Assembly (NCBI GenBank): GCA_964016885.1
Contig: OZ024741.1
Location: 20,398,001 to 20,462,000 of the forward strand
Source: Eledone cirrhosa
Taxonomy: Eukaryota
DNA: 64,000 nucleotides
Direction: 5' to 3'
The notes under the pieces are model-generated. The model saw only the letters and a list, made by a program, of their open reading frames with translations. It did not search any database and had not been told where the DNA came from. This document shows, one piece after another, positions 13,810 through 28,350 of this stretch; the stretch's first letter is position 1, and every line of letters begins with the position of its first letter. A program made the position numbers and the translations under genes.

Positions 13810-16800
13810 GTTTCTGACAGTAATTTCTAGCAAAGTTACCTTGGTGTAGGTGGTGCCAGATACACAATAACATGTGGTGGAGATAAGACAGCAGTTTCTG
13901 ACAGTAATGTCTACCAAAGTTACCTTGGTGTAGGTGGTACCAGATATAAACAATAACATGTGGAGCAGGTGTGAGAGGAGTTTCTGACAGTAATGTCTAG
14001 CAAAGTTACCTTGGTGTAGGTGGTGCCAGATACACAATAACATCTGGTGGAGATAAGACAGCAGTTTCTGACAGTAATGTCTACCAAAGTTACCTTGGTG
14101 TAGGTGGTACCAGATATACACAATAACATGTGGAGCAGGTGTGAGAGGAGTTTCTGACAGTAATGTCTAGCAAAGTTACCTTGGTGTAGGTGGTGCCAGA
14201 TACACAAAAACATGTGGTGGAGATAAGACAGCAGTTTCTGACAGTAATGTCTACCAATGTTACCTTGGTGTAGGTGGTGCCAGATGTATAATAATATGTG
14301 GGGGAGGTGAGACAGTGGTTTCTGACAGTAATGTCTAGCAAAGTTTCCTTGGTGTTGATGGTACCAGATACACAATAACATGTGGTGGAGGTGAGACAGG
14401 GGTTTCTGACAGTAATGTCTACCAAAGTTACCTTGGTGTAGGTGGTGCCAGATGTACAATAACATGCGGTGGAGGTGAGACAGGGGTTTCTGACAGTATT
14501 GACTACCAAAGTTACCTTGGTGTAGGTGGTGCCAGATACACAATAACATGTGGAAGAGGTGAGACAGGGGTTTCTGACAGTAATGTCTACCAATGTTACC
14601 TTGGTGTAGGTGGTTCCAGTTGAACAATAACATGTGGTGGAGTTGAGACAGGGTTTTCTGACAGTAATGTCTACCAAAGTTACCTTGGTGTAGGTGGTGC
14701 CAGATGAACAAAAACATGTGGGAGAGGTGAGACAGGGGTTTCTGACAATTAATGTCAACCAAAGTTACCTTCGAGTAGGTGGTACCAGATACACAATAAC
14801 ATGTGGTGGATGTGACACAGGGGTTTCTGACAGTAATGTCTACCAAAGTTACCTTGGTGTAGGTGGTGCAGATGTACAATAACATGTGGAGGAAGTGAGA
14901 CAGGAGTTTCTGACAGTATTGTCTACCAAAGTTACCTTGGTGTAGGTGGTACCAGATATACACAATAACATGTGGAGCAGGTGTGAGAGGAGTTTCTGAC
15001 AGTAATGTCTACCAAAGTTACCTTGGTGTAGGTGGTACCAGATATACAGAATAACATGTGGATGAGGTGAGATAGGAGTTTCTGACAGTATTGTCTACCA
15101 AAGTTACCTCGGTGTAGGTGGTACCAGATATACACAATAACATGTGGTGGAGATAAGACAGCAGTTTCTGACAGTAATGTCTACCAAAGTTACCTTGCTG
15201 TCGGTGGTACCAGATACACAATAACATGTGGTGGATGTAAGACAGGAGTTTCTGACAGTAATGTCTGCCAAAGTTGCCTTGGTGTAGGTGGTACCAGATA
15301 TACACAATAACATGTGGTGGAGGTAAGACAGGAGTTTCTGACAGTAATGTCTACCAAAGTTGCCTTGGTGTAGGTGGTACCAGATATACACAATAACATG
15401 TGGAGGAGGCGAGGCATGAGATAATGACAGTATTGTCTACCAAAGTTGCCTTGGTGTAGGTGGTACCAGATATACACAATAACATGTGGTGGAGGTAAGA
15501 CAGGAGTTTCTGACACTAATGTCTACCAAAGTTGCCTTGGTGTAGGTGGTACCAGATACACAAAAACATGTGGTGGAGGAGAGACAGGGTTTTCTGACAG
15601 TAATGTCTACCAAAGTTACCTTGGTGTAGGTGGTACCAGATATACACAATAACATGTGGAGGAGGGGAGGCATGAGATAATGACAGTATTGTCTACCAAA
15701 GTTACGTTGGTGTAGGTGGTACCAGATACACAATAACATGTGGTGGAGGTAAGACAGGAGTTTCTGACAGTAATGTCTACCAAAGTTGCTTTGGTGTAGG
15801 TGGTACCAGATATACACAATAACATGTGGAGGAGGTGAGACAGGGGTTTCTCACAGTAATGTCTACCAAAGTTGCCTTGGTGTAGGTGGTACCAGATATA
15901 CACAATAACATGTGGTGGAGGTAAGACAGGAGTTTCTGACAGTAATGTCTACCAAAGTTGCCTTGGTGTAGGTGGTACCAGATACACAATAACATGTGGT
16001 GGAGGAGAGACAGGGTTTTCTGACAGTAATGTCTACCAAAGTTACCTTGGTGTAGGTGGTACCAGATATACACAATAACATGTGGAGGAGGGGAGGCATG
16101 AGATAATGAAAGTATTGTCTACCAAAGTTACGTTGGTGTAGGTGGTACCAGATACACAATAACATGTGGTGGAGGTAAGACAGGAGTTTCTGACAGTAAT
16201 GTCTACCAAAGTTGCCTTGGTGTAGGTGGTGCCAGATGTACAATAACATATGGAGGCGGTGAGACAGGGGTTTCTGACGGTATTGTCTACCAAAGTTACC
16301 TTGGTGTAGGTGGTGCCAGATGTATAATAATATGTGGGGGAGGTGAGACAGGGGTTTCTGACAGTAATGTCTAGCAAAGTTACCTTGGTGTAGATGGTAC
16401 CAGATACACAATAACATGTGGTGGAGGTGAGACAGGGGTTTCTGACAGTAATGTCTACATAAGTTACCTTGGTGTAGGTGGTGCCAGATGTACAATAACA
16501 TGCGGTGGAGGTGAGACAGGGATTTCTGACAGTATTGTCTACCAAAGTAACCTTGGTGTAGGTGGTGCCAGATACACAATAACATGTGGAAGAGGTGAGA
16601 CGTGTTTCTGACAGTAATGTCTACCAATGTTACCTTCGAGTAGGTGGTACCAGATACACAATAACATGTGGTGGATGTGACACAGGGGTTTCTGACAGTA
16701 ATGTCTACCAAAGTTACCTTGCTGTAGGTGGTACCAGATATACACAATAACATGTGGAGCAGGTGTGAGAGGAGTTTCTGACAGTAAAGTCTACCAAAGT

Positions 16801-19800
16801 TACCTTGGTGTAGGTGGTACCAGATATACAGAATAACATGTGGATGCGGTGAGATAGGAGTTTCTGACAGTAAAGTCTACCAAAGTTACCTTGGTGTAGG
16901 TGGTGCCAGATACACAATAACATGTGGTGGAGATAAGACAGCAGTTTCTGACAGTAATGTCTACCAAAGTTACCTTGGTGTAGGTGGTACCAGATATAGA
17001 CGATAACATGTGGAGGAGGCGAGACATGAGATAATGACAGTATTGTCTACCAAAGTTACCTTGGTGTAGGTGGTACCAGATACACAATAACATGTGGTGG
17101 ATGTAAGACAGGAGTTTCTGACAGTAATGTCTACCAATGTTACCTTGGTGTAGGTGGTGCCAGTTGTACAATAACATGTGGTGGAGGTGAGACAGGGGTT
17201 TCTGACAGTAATGTCTACCAAAGTTACCTTGGTGTAGGTGGTACCAGATATACACAATAACATGTGGAGGAGGTGAGACAGGAGTTTCTGACAGTAATGT
17301 CTACCAAAGTTACCTTGGTGTAGGCGGTGCCAGATATACACAATAACATGTGGTGGAGGTGAGACAAGAGTTTCTGACATTAATGTTTACCAAAGTTACC
17401 TTGGTGTAGGTGGTGCAGATGTACAATAACATGTGGAGGAGTTGAGACAGGAGTTTCTGAGTGTATTGTCTACCAAAGTTACCTTGGTGTAGGTGGTACC
17501 ATATACACAATATCATGTGGTGGATGTAAGACAGGAGTTTCTGACATTAATGTTTACCAAAGTTGCCTTGGTGTAGGTGGTGCAGATGTACAATAACATG
17601 TGGAGGAGGTGAGACAGGAGTTTCTGACAGTAATTTCTAGCAAAGTTACCTTGGTGTAGGTGGTGCCAGATACACAATAACATGTGGTGGAGATAAGACA
17701 GCAGTTTCTGACAGTAATGTCTACCAAAGTTACCTTGGTGTAGGTGGTACCAGATATAAACAATAACATGTGGAGCAGGTGTGAGAGGAGTTTCTGACAG
17801 TAATGTCTAGCAAAGTTACCTTGGTGTAGGTGGTGCCAGATACACAATAACATGTGGTGGAGATAAGACAGCAGTTTCTGACAGTAATGTCTACCAAAGT
17901 TACCTTGGTGTAGGTGGTACCAGATATACACAATAACATGTGGAGCAGGTGTGAGAGGAGTTTCTGACAGTAATGTCTAGCAAAGTTACCTTGGTGTAGG
18001 TGGTGCCAGATACACAAAAACATGTGGTGGAGATAAGACAGCAGTTTCTGACAGTAATGTCTACCAATGTTACCTTGGTGTAGGTGGTGCCAGATGTATA
18101 ATAATATGTGGGGGAGGTGAGACAGTGGTTTCTGACAGTAATGTCTAGCAAAGTTTCCTTGGTGTTGATGGTACCAGATACACAATAACATGTGGTGGAG
18201 GTGAGACAGGGGTTTCTGACAGTAATGTCTACCAAAGTTACCTTGGTGTAGGTGGTGCCAGATGTACAATAACATGCGGTGGAGGTGAGACAGGGGTTTC
18301 TGACAGTATTGACTACCAAAGTTACCTTGGTGTAGGTGGTGCCAGATACACAATAACATGTGGAAGAGGTGAGACAGGGGTTTCTGACAGTAATGTCTAC
18401 CAATGTTACCTTGGTGTAGGTGGTTCCAGTTGAACAATAACATGTGGTGGAGTTGAGACAGGGTTTTCTGACAGTAATGTCTACCAAAGTTACCTTGGTG
18501 TAGGTGGTGCCAGATGAACAAAAACATGTGGGAGAGGTGAGACAGGGGTTTCTGACAATTAATGTCAACCAAAGTTACCTTCGAGTAGGTGGTACCAGAT
18601 ACACAATAACATGTGGTGGATGTGACACAGGGGTTTCTGACAGTAATGTCTACCAAAGTTACCTTGGTGTAGGTGGTGCAGATGTACAATAACATGTGGA
18701 GGAAGTGAGACAGGAGTTTCTGACAGTATTGTCTACCAAAGTTACCTTGGTGTAGGTGGTACCAGATATACACAATAACATGTGGAGCAGGTGTGAGAGG
18801 AGTTTCTGACAGTAATGTCTACCAAAGTTACCTTGGTGTAGGTGGTACCAGATATACAGAATAACATGTGGATGAGGTGAGATAGGAGTTTCTGACAGTA
18901 TTGTCTACCAAAGTTACCTCGGTGTAGGTGGTACCAGATATACACAATAACATGTGGTGGAGATAAGACAGCAGTTTCTGACAGTAATGTCTACCAAAGT
19001 TACCTTGCTGTCGGTGGTACCAGATACACAATAACATGTGGTGGATGTAAGACAGGAGTTTCTGACAGTAATGTCTGCCAAAGTTGCCTTGGTGTAGGTG
19101 GTACCAGATATACACAATAACATGTGGTGGAGGTAAGACAGGAGTTTCTGACAGTAATGTCTACCAAAGTTGCCTTGGTGTAGGTGGTACCAGATATACA
19201 CAATAACATGTGGAGGAGGCGAGGCATGAGATAATGACAGTATTGTCTACCAAAGTTGCCTTGGTGTAGGTGGTACCAGATATACACAATAACATGTGGT
19301 GGAGGTAAGACAGGAGTTTCTGACACTAATGTCTACCAAAGTTGCCTTGGTGTAGGTGGTACCAGATACACAAAAACATGTGGTGGAGGAGAGACAGGGT
19401 TTTCTGACAGTAATGTCTACCAAAGTTACCTTGGTGTAGGTGGTACCAGATATACACAATAACATGTGGAGGAGGGGAGGCATGAGATAATGACAGTATT
19501 GTCTACCAAAGTTACGTTGGTGTAGGTGGTACCAGATACACAATAACATGTGGTGGAGGTAAGACAGGAGTTTCTGACAGTAATGTCTACCAAAGTTGCT
19601 TTGGTGTAGGTGGTACCAGATATACACAATAACATGTGGAGGAGGTGAGACAGGGGTTTCTCACAGTAATGTCTACCAAAGTTGCCTTGGTGTAGGTGGT
19701 ACCAGATACACAATAACATGTGGTGGAGGAGAGACAGGGTTTTCTGACAGTAATGTCTACCAAAGTTACCTTGGTGTAGGTGGTACCAGATATACACAAT

Positions 19801-21260
19801 AACATGTGGAGGAGGGGAGGCATGAGATAATGAAAGTATTGTCTACCAAAGTTACGTTGGTGTAGGTGGTACCAGATACACAATAACATGTGGTGGAGGT
19901 AAGACAGGAGTTTCTGACAGTAATGTCTACCAAAGTTGCCTTGGTGTAGGTGGTGCCAGATGTATAATAACATATGGAGGCGGTGAGACAGGGGTTTCTG
20001 ACGGTATTGTCTACCAAAGTTACCTTGGTGTAGGTGGTGCCAGATGTATAATAATATGTGGGGGAGGTGAGACAGGGGTTTCTGACAGTAATGTCTAGCA
20101 AAGTTACCTTGGTGTAGATGGTACCAGATACACAATAACATGTGGTGGAGGTGAGACAGGGGTTTCTGACAGTAATGTCTACATAAGATACCTTGGTGTA
20201 GGTGGTGCCAGATGTACAATAACATGCGGTGGAGGTGAGACAGGGATTTCTGACAGTATTGTCTACCAAAGTTACCTTGGTGTAGGTGGTGCCAGATACA
20301 CAATAACATGTGGAAGAGGTGAGACGGGTTTCTGACAGTAATGTCTACCAATGTTACCTTCGAGTAGGTGGTACCAGATACACAATAACATGTGGTGGAT
20401 GTGACACAGGGGTTTCTGACAGTAATGTCTACCAAAGTTACCTTGCTGTAGGTGGTACCAGATATACACAATAACATGTGGAGCAGGTGTGAGAGGAGTT
20501 TCTGACAGTAAAGTCTACCAAAGTTACCTTGGTGTAGGTGGTACCAGATATACAGAATAACATGTGGATGCGGTGAGATAGGAGTTTCTGACAGTAAAGT
20601 CTACCAAAGTTACCTTGGTGTAGGTGGTGCCAGATACACAATAACATGTGGTGGAGATAAGACAGCAGTTTCTGACAGTAATGTCTACCAAAGTTACCTT
20701 GGTGTAGGTGGTACCAGATATAGACGATAACATGTGGAGGAGGCGAGACATGAGATAATGACAGTATTGTCTACCAAAGTTACCTTGGTGTAGGTGGTAC
20801 CAGATACACAATAACATGTGGTGGATGTAAGACAGGAGTTTCTGACAGTAATGTCTACCAAAGTTACCTTGGTGTAGGTGGTACCAGATATACACAATAA
20901 CATGTGGAGGAGGTGAGACAGGAGTTTCTGACAGTAATGTCTACCAAAGTTACCTTGGTGTAGGCGGTGCCAGATATACACAATAACATGTGGTGGAGGT
21001 GAGACAAGAGTTTCTGACATTAATGTTTACCAAAGTTACCTTGGTGTAGGTGGTGCAGATGTACAATAACATGTGGAGGAGTTGAGACAGGAGTTTCTGA
21101 GTGTATTGTCTACCAAAGTTACCTTGGTGTAGGTGGTACCATATACACAATATCATGTGGTGGATGTAAGACAGGAGTTTCTGACATTAATGTTTACCAA
21201 AGTTGCCTTGGTGTAGGTGGTGCAGATGTACAATAACATGTGGAGGAGGTGAGACAGGAG
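13810..21260. repeat. Higher-order tandem duplication, ~3.8 kb (copy 1 ~13810-17620, copy 2 ~17620-21260)
   Basis: Offset is 3810 (13920/17730 through 15437/19247; TAATTTCTAGCAAAG at 13821 and 17631), then 3724 (16714/20438), then 3640 (17310/20950). The copies therefore differ by one 86-bp and one 84-bp monomer. Confidence 0.95.
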
Positions 21261-22899
21261 TTTCTGACAGTATTGTCTACCAAAATTACCTTGGTGTAGG
21301 TGGTGCCAGATACACAATAACATGTGGTGGAGGTGAGACAGGAGTTTCTTACAGTATTGTCTACCAAAGTTACCTTGGTGTAGGTGGTACCAGATATACA
21401 CAATAACATGTGGAGGAGGTGATGCAGGAGTTTCTGACAGTAATGTCTACCAAAGTAACATTGGTGTAGGTGGTACCAGATAAACAATAACATGTGGAGG
21501 AGGTGAGACAGGGGTTTCTGACAGTGTTGTCTACCAAAATTACCTTGGTGTAGGTGGTACCAGATATACACAATAACATGCGGAGGATGTGAGACAGGTG
21601 TTTCTCACAGTAATGTCTACCAAAGTTACCTTGGTGTAGGTGGTCACAGATACACAATAACATGTGGAGCAGGTGAGACAGGGGTTTCTCACAGTAATGT
21701 CTACCAAAGTTGCCTTGGTGTAGGTGGTGCCAGATGTACAATAACATATGGAGGCGGTGGGACAGGGGTTTCTGACAGTAATGTCTACCAAAGTTACCTT
21801 GGTGTAGGTGGTGACAGATGTACAATAACATGTGGGGGAGGTGAGACAGGGGTTTCTCACATTAATGTCTACCAAAGTTACCTTGGTGTAGATGGTACCA
21901 GATATACACAATAACATGTGGAGGAGGTGAGACAGGATTTTCTGACAGTATTGTCTACCAAAATTACCTTGGTGTAGGTGGTGCCAGACACACAATAACT
22001 TGTGGTGGAGGTGAGACAGGGTTTTCTGACAGTAATGTCTACCAAAGTTACCTTCGTGTAGATGGTACCAGATATACACAATAACATGTGGAGCAGGTGA
22101 GACAGGAGTTTCTGACAGTAATGTCTACCAAAGTTACCTTGGTGTAGGTGGTACCAGATATACACAATAACATGTGGAGAAGGTGAGACAGGAGTTTCTG
22201 ACAGTATTGTCTACCAAAGTTACCTTGTTGTAGGTGGTGCCAGATGTACAATAACATGTGGAGGAGGTGAGGCAGGAGTTTCTTACAGTAATGCTACCAA
22301 AGTTACCTTGGTGTAGGTGGTACCAGATACACAATAACATGTGGAGGAGGTGAGACAGGAGTTTCTGACAGTAATGTCTACCAAAGTTAACTTGGGATAG
22401 GTGGTACCAGATACACGATAACATTTTCTGGAGTTGAGACAGGGGTTTCTCACAGTAATGTCTACCAAAGTTACCTTGGTGTAGGTGGTACCAGATAAAC
22501 AATAACATGTGGAGGAGGAGAGACAGGAGTTTCTGTCAGTAATGTCTACCAAAGTTACCTTGGTGTAGGTGGTGCCAGATGTACAATAACGTGTGGAGGC
22601 GGTGAGACAGGAATTTCTCACAGTAATGTCTACCAAAGTTCCCTTGGTGTAGGTGGTACCAGATGTACACCATAACATGTGAAGGATGTGAGACAGGGAT
22701 TTCTCACAGTAATGTCTACCAAAGTTACCTTAGTGTAGATGGTGCCAGATGTACAATAACATATGGAGGCGGTGATACAGGGGTTCTGACGGTATTGTCT
22801 ACCAAATTTACCGTGGTATAGGTGGTGCCAGTTGTACAATAACATGTGGTGGAGGTGAGACAGGGTTTTCTGACAGTATTGTCTACCAAAGTTACCTTG

Positions 22900-25800
22900 G
22901 TGTAGGTGGTGCCAGATGTACACAATAACATGTGGTGTAGGGGAGACAGGGGTTTCTGACAGTAATGTCTACCAAAGTTATATTCGTGTAGGTGGTGCAG
23001 ATGTACAATAACATGTGGAGGAGGTGAGACAGGAGTTTCTGACAGTATTGTCTACCAAAGTTACCTTGGTGTAGGTGGTACCAGATAGACAATAACATGT
23101 GGTGGAGGTAAGACAGGAGTTTCTGACATTAATGTTTACCAAAGTTACCTTGGTGTAGGTGGTGCAGATGTACAATAACATGTGGAGGAGGTGAGACAGG
23201 AGTTTCTGACAGTATTGTCTACCTAAGTTACCTTGGTGTATGTGGTGCCAGATGTACACAATAACATGTGGAGGAGGTGAGACAGGGGTTTCTCACAGTA
23301 TTGTCTACCAAAGTTACCTTGGTGTAGGTGGTACCAGATATACACAATAACATGTGGAGGAGGTGAGACAGGAGTTTCTGACAGTATTGTCTACCAAAGT
23401 TACCTTGGTGTAGGTGGTGCCAGATGTACAATAATATGTGGAGGAGGTGAGACAGGAGTTTCTGACAGTAATGTCTACCAAACTTACCTTGCTGTAGGTG
23501 GTACCAGATATGCACAATAACATGTGGAGGAGGTGAGACAAAGGTTTCTGACAGTAATGTCTACCAAAGTTACCTTGGTGTAGGTGGTACCGGATACTCA
23601 ATAACATCTGGTGGAGGTAAGACAGGAGTTTATGACAGTAATGTCTACCAAAGTTAGCTTGGTGTAGGTGGTTCCAGATATACACAATAATATGTAGAGC
23701 AGGTGAGACAGGAGTTTCTGACAGTAATGTCTACCAAAGGTACCTTGGTGTAGGTGGTACCAGATATACACAATAACATGTGGAGGAGGTGAGACAGGGG
23801 TTTCTCACAGTATTGTCTACCAAAGTTACCTTGGTGTAGGTGGTACCAGATACACAATAACATGTGGAGGAGGTGAGACAGGAGTTTCTGACACTATTGT
23901 CTACCAAAGTTACCTTGGTGTAGGTGGTGTCAGATGTACACAATAACATGTGGATGAGGTGAGACAGGGGTTTCTGTCAGTAATGTCTACCAAAGGTACC
24001 TTGGTGTAGGTTGTACCAGATACACAATAACATGTGGAGGAGGTGAGACAGGTGTTTCTGACAGTAATGTCTACCAAAGTTAGCTTGGTGTAGGTGGTTC
24101 CAGATATACACAATAATATGTAGAGCAGGTGAGACAGTAGTTTCTGACAGTAATGTCTACCAAAGGTACCTTGGGGTAGGTGGTACCAGATATACACAAT
24201 AACATGTGGAGGAGGTGAGACAGGGATTTCTCACAGTATTGTCTACCAAAGTTACCTTGGTGTAGGTGGTACCAGATACACAATAACATGTGGAGGAGGT
24301 GAGACAGGAGTTTCTGACACTATTGTCTACCAAAGTTACCTTGGTGTAGGTGGTACCAGATACACAATAACATGTGGAGGAGGTGAGACAGGAGTTTCTG
24401 ACACTATTGTCTACCAAAGTTACCTTGGTGTAGGTGGTACCAGATATACACAATAACATCTGGTGGAGGTAAGACAGGAGTTTCTGACAGTAATGTCTAC
24501 CAAAGTTACCTTGGTGTAGGTGGTGCCAGATGTACAATAACATATGAAGGCGGTGAGACAGGGGTTTCTGACGGTATTATCTACCAAAGTTACCTTGGTG
24601 TAGGTGGTGCCAGATGTACAATAACATGTGGAGGAGGTGAGACAGGAGTTTCTGACAGTATTGTCTACCTAAGTTACCTTGGTGTATGTGGTGCCAGATG
24701 TACACAATAACATGTGGAGGAGGTGAGACAGGGGTTTCTCACAGTATTGTCTACCAAAGTTACCTTGGTGTAGGTGGTACCAGATATACACAATAACATG
24801 TGGAGGAGGTGAGACAAAGGTTTCTGACAGTAATGTCTACCAAAGTTACGTTGGTGTAGGTGGTACCAGATATACACAATAACATGCGGGGCAGGTGAGA
24901 CAGGAGTTTCTGACAGTAATGTCTACCAAAGTTACCTTGGTGTAGGTGGTACCAGATAAACAATAACATGTGGATGAGGTGAGACAGGGGTTTCTGACAG
25001 TAATGTCTACCAAAGTTACCTTGATGTAGGTGGTTCCAGATATACACAATAACATGTGGAGCAGGTGAGACAGGAGTTTCTGACAGTAATGTCTACCAAA
25101 GTTAGCTTGGTGTAGGTGGTTCCAGATATACACAATAATATGTAGAGCAGGTGAGACAGGAGTTTCTGACAGTAATGTCTACCAAAGGTACCTTGGTGTA
25201 GGTGGTACCAGATAAATACTAACATGTGGAGGAGGTGAGACAGGAGTTTCTGACAGTATTGTCTACCAAAGTTACCTTGGTGTAGGTGGTGCCAGATGTA
25301 CAATAACATGTGGTGGAGGTGAGACAGGGTTTTCTGACAGTAATGTCTACCAAAGTTACCTCGGTATAGGTGGTACCAGATATACACAATAACATGTGGA
25401 GGAGGTGAGACAGGGGTTTCTCACAGTATTGTCTACCAAAGTTACCTTGGTGTAGGTGGTACCAGATACACAATAACATGTGGAGGAGGTGAGACAGGAG
25501 TTTCTGACACTATTGTCTACCAAAGTTACCTTGGTGTAGGTGGTACCAAATACACAATAACATCTGGTGGAGGTAAGACAGGAGTTTCTGACAGTAATGT
25601 CTACCAAAGTTACCTTGGTGTACGTGGTACCAGATATACACAATAACATGTAGAGGAGGTGAGACAGGAGTTCCTGACAGTAATGTCTACCAAAGTTACC
25701 TTGGTGTAGGTGGTACCAGATATACACAATAACATGTGGAGGAAATGAGACAGGGGTTTCTCACAGTAAAGTCTACCAAAGTAACCTTGGTGTAGGTGGT

Positions 25801-28350
25801 ACCAGATATACAAAATAACATGTGGAGGAGGAGAGACAGGGATTTCTCACAGTAATGTCTACCAAAGTTACATTGGTGTAGGTGGTGCCAGATGTACACA
25901 ATAACATGTGGTGTAGGGGAGACAGGGATTTCTGACTGTAATGTCTACCAAAGTTACCTTCGTGTAGGTGGTGCAGATGTACAATGACATGTGGAGGAGG
26001 TGAGACAGGAGTTTCTGACAGTATTGTCTACCAAAGTTACCTTGGTGTATGTGGTGCCAGATGTACACAATAACATGTGGAGGAGGTGAGACAGGGGTTT
26101 CTCACAGTATTGTCTACCAAAGTTACCTTGGTGTAGGTGGTACCAGATATACACAATAACATGTGGAGGAGGTGAGACAGGAGTTTCTGACAGTATTGTC
26201 TACCAAAGTTACCTTGGTGTAGGTGGTGCCAGATGTACAATAATATGTGGAGGAGGTGAGACAGGAGTTTCTGACAGTAATGTCTACCAAACTTACCTTG
26301 CTGTAGGTGGTACCAGATATGCACAATAACATGTGGAGGAGGTGAGACAAAGGTTTCTGACAGTAATGTCTACCAAAGTTACCTTGGTGTAGGTGGTACC
26401 GGATACTCAATAACATCTGGTGGAGGTAAGACAGGAGTTTATGACAGTAATATCTACCAAAGTTAGCTTGGTGTAGGTGGTTCCAGATATACACAATAAT
26501 ATGTAGAGCAGGTGAGACAGGAGTTTCTGACAGTAATGTCTACCAAAGGTACCTTGGTGTAGGTGGTACCAGATATACACAATAACATGTGGAGGAGGTG
26601 AGACAGGGGTTTCTCACAGTATTGTCTACCAAAGTTACCTTGGTGTAGGTGGTACCAGATACACAATAACATGTGGAGGAGGTGAGACAGGAGTTTCTGA
26701 CACTATTTTCTACCAAAGTTACCTTGGTGTAGGTGGTGCCAGATGTACACAATAACATATGGATGAGGTGAGACAGGGGTTTCTGTCAGTAATGTCTACC
26801 AAAGGTACCTTGGTGTAGGTGGTACCAGATACACAATAACATGTGGAGGAGGTGAGACAGGAGTTTCTGACAGTAATGTCTACCAAAGTTAGCTTGGTGT
26901 AGGTGGTTCCAGATATACACAATAATATGTAGAGCAGGTGAGACAGGAGTTTCTGACAGTAATGTCTACCAAAGGTACCTTGGTGTAGGTGGTACCAGAT
27001 ATACACAATAACATGTGGAGGAGGTGAGACAGGGATTTCTCACAGTATTGTCTACCAAAGTTACCTTGGTGTAGGTGGTACCAGATACACAATAACATGT
27101 GGAGGAGGTGAGACAGGAGTTTCTGACACTATTGTCTACCAAAGTTACCTTGGTGTAGGTGGTACCAGATACACAATAACATGTGGAGGAGGTGAGACAG
27201 GAGTTTCTGACACTATTGTCTACCAAAGTTACCTTGGTGTAGGTGGTACCAGATATACACAATAACATCTGGTGGAGGTAAGACAGGAGTTTCTGACAGT
27301 AATGTCTACCAAAGTTACCTTGGTGTAGGTGGTGCCAGATGTATACAATAACATGTGGTGTAGGTGAGACAGAGGTTTCTGACAGTATTGTCTACCAAAG
27401 TTACCTTGGTGTAGGTGGTACCAGATATACACAATAACATGTGGAGGAGGTGAGACAGGAGTTTCTGACAGTAATGTCTACCAAACTTACCTTGCTGTAG
27501 GTGGTACCAGATATGCACAATAACATGTGGAGGAGGTGAGACAAAGGTTTCTGACAGTAATGTCTACCAAAGTTACGTTGGTGTAGGTGGTACCAGATAT
27601 ACACAATAACATGCGGGGCAGGTGAGACAGGAGTTTCTGACAGTAATGTCTACCAAAGTTACCTTGGTGTAGGTGGTACCAGATAAACAATAACATGTGG
27701 ATGAGGTGAGACAGGGGTTTCTGACAGTAATGTCTACCAAAGTTACCTTGATGTAGGTGGTTCCAGATATACACAATAACATGTGGAGCAGGTGAGACAG
27801 GAGTTTCTGACAGTAATGTCTACCAAAGTTAGCTTGGTGTAGGTGGTTCCAGATATACACAATAATATGTAGAGCAGGTGAGACAGGAGTTTCTGACAGT
27901 AATGTCTACCAAAGGTACCTTGGTGTAGGTGGTACCAGATAAATACTAACATGTGGAGGAGGTGAGACAGGAGTTTCTGACAGTATTGTCTACCAAAGTT
28001 ACCTTGGTGTAGGTGGTGCCAGATGTACAATAACATGTGGTGGAGCTGAGACAGAGTTTTCTGACAGTAATGTCTACCAAAGTTACCTTGGTATAGGTGG
28101 TACCAGATATACACAATAACATGTGGATGAGGTGAGACAGGGGTTTCTCACAGTATTGTCTACCAAAGTTAACTTGGTGTAGGTGGTACCAGATACACAA
28201 TAACATGTGGAGGAGGTGAGACAGGAGTTTCTGACACTATTGTCTACCAAAGTTACCTTGGTGTAGGTGGTACCAGATACACAATAACATCTGGTGGAGG
28301 TAAGACAGGAGTTTCTGACAGTAATGTCTACCAAAGTTACTTTGGTGTAG
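22900..28350. repeat. Higher-order duplication, ~2.7-3.0 kb (copies ~22900-25620 and ~25880-28350)
   Basis: ORF offsets are 2809 (23228/26037 to 24157/26966) and 2727 (24846/27573 to 25356/28083). Shared variants include CCGGATACTCAATAACATCTGG, AAAGGTACC and GTTAGCTTGG. Confidence 0.9.
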
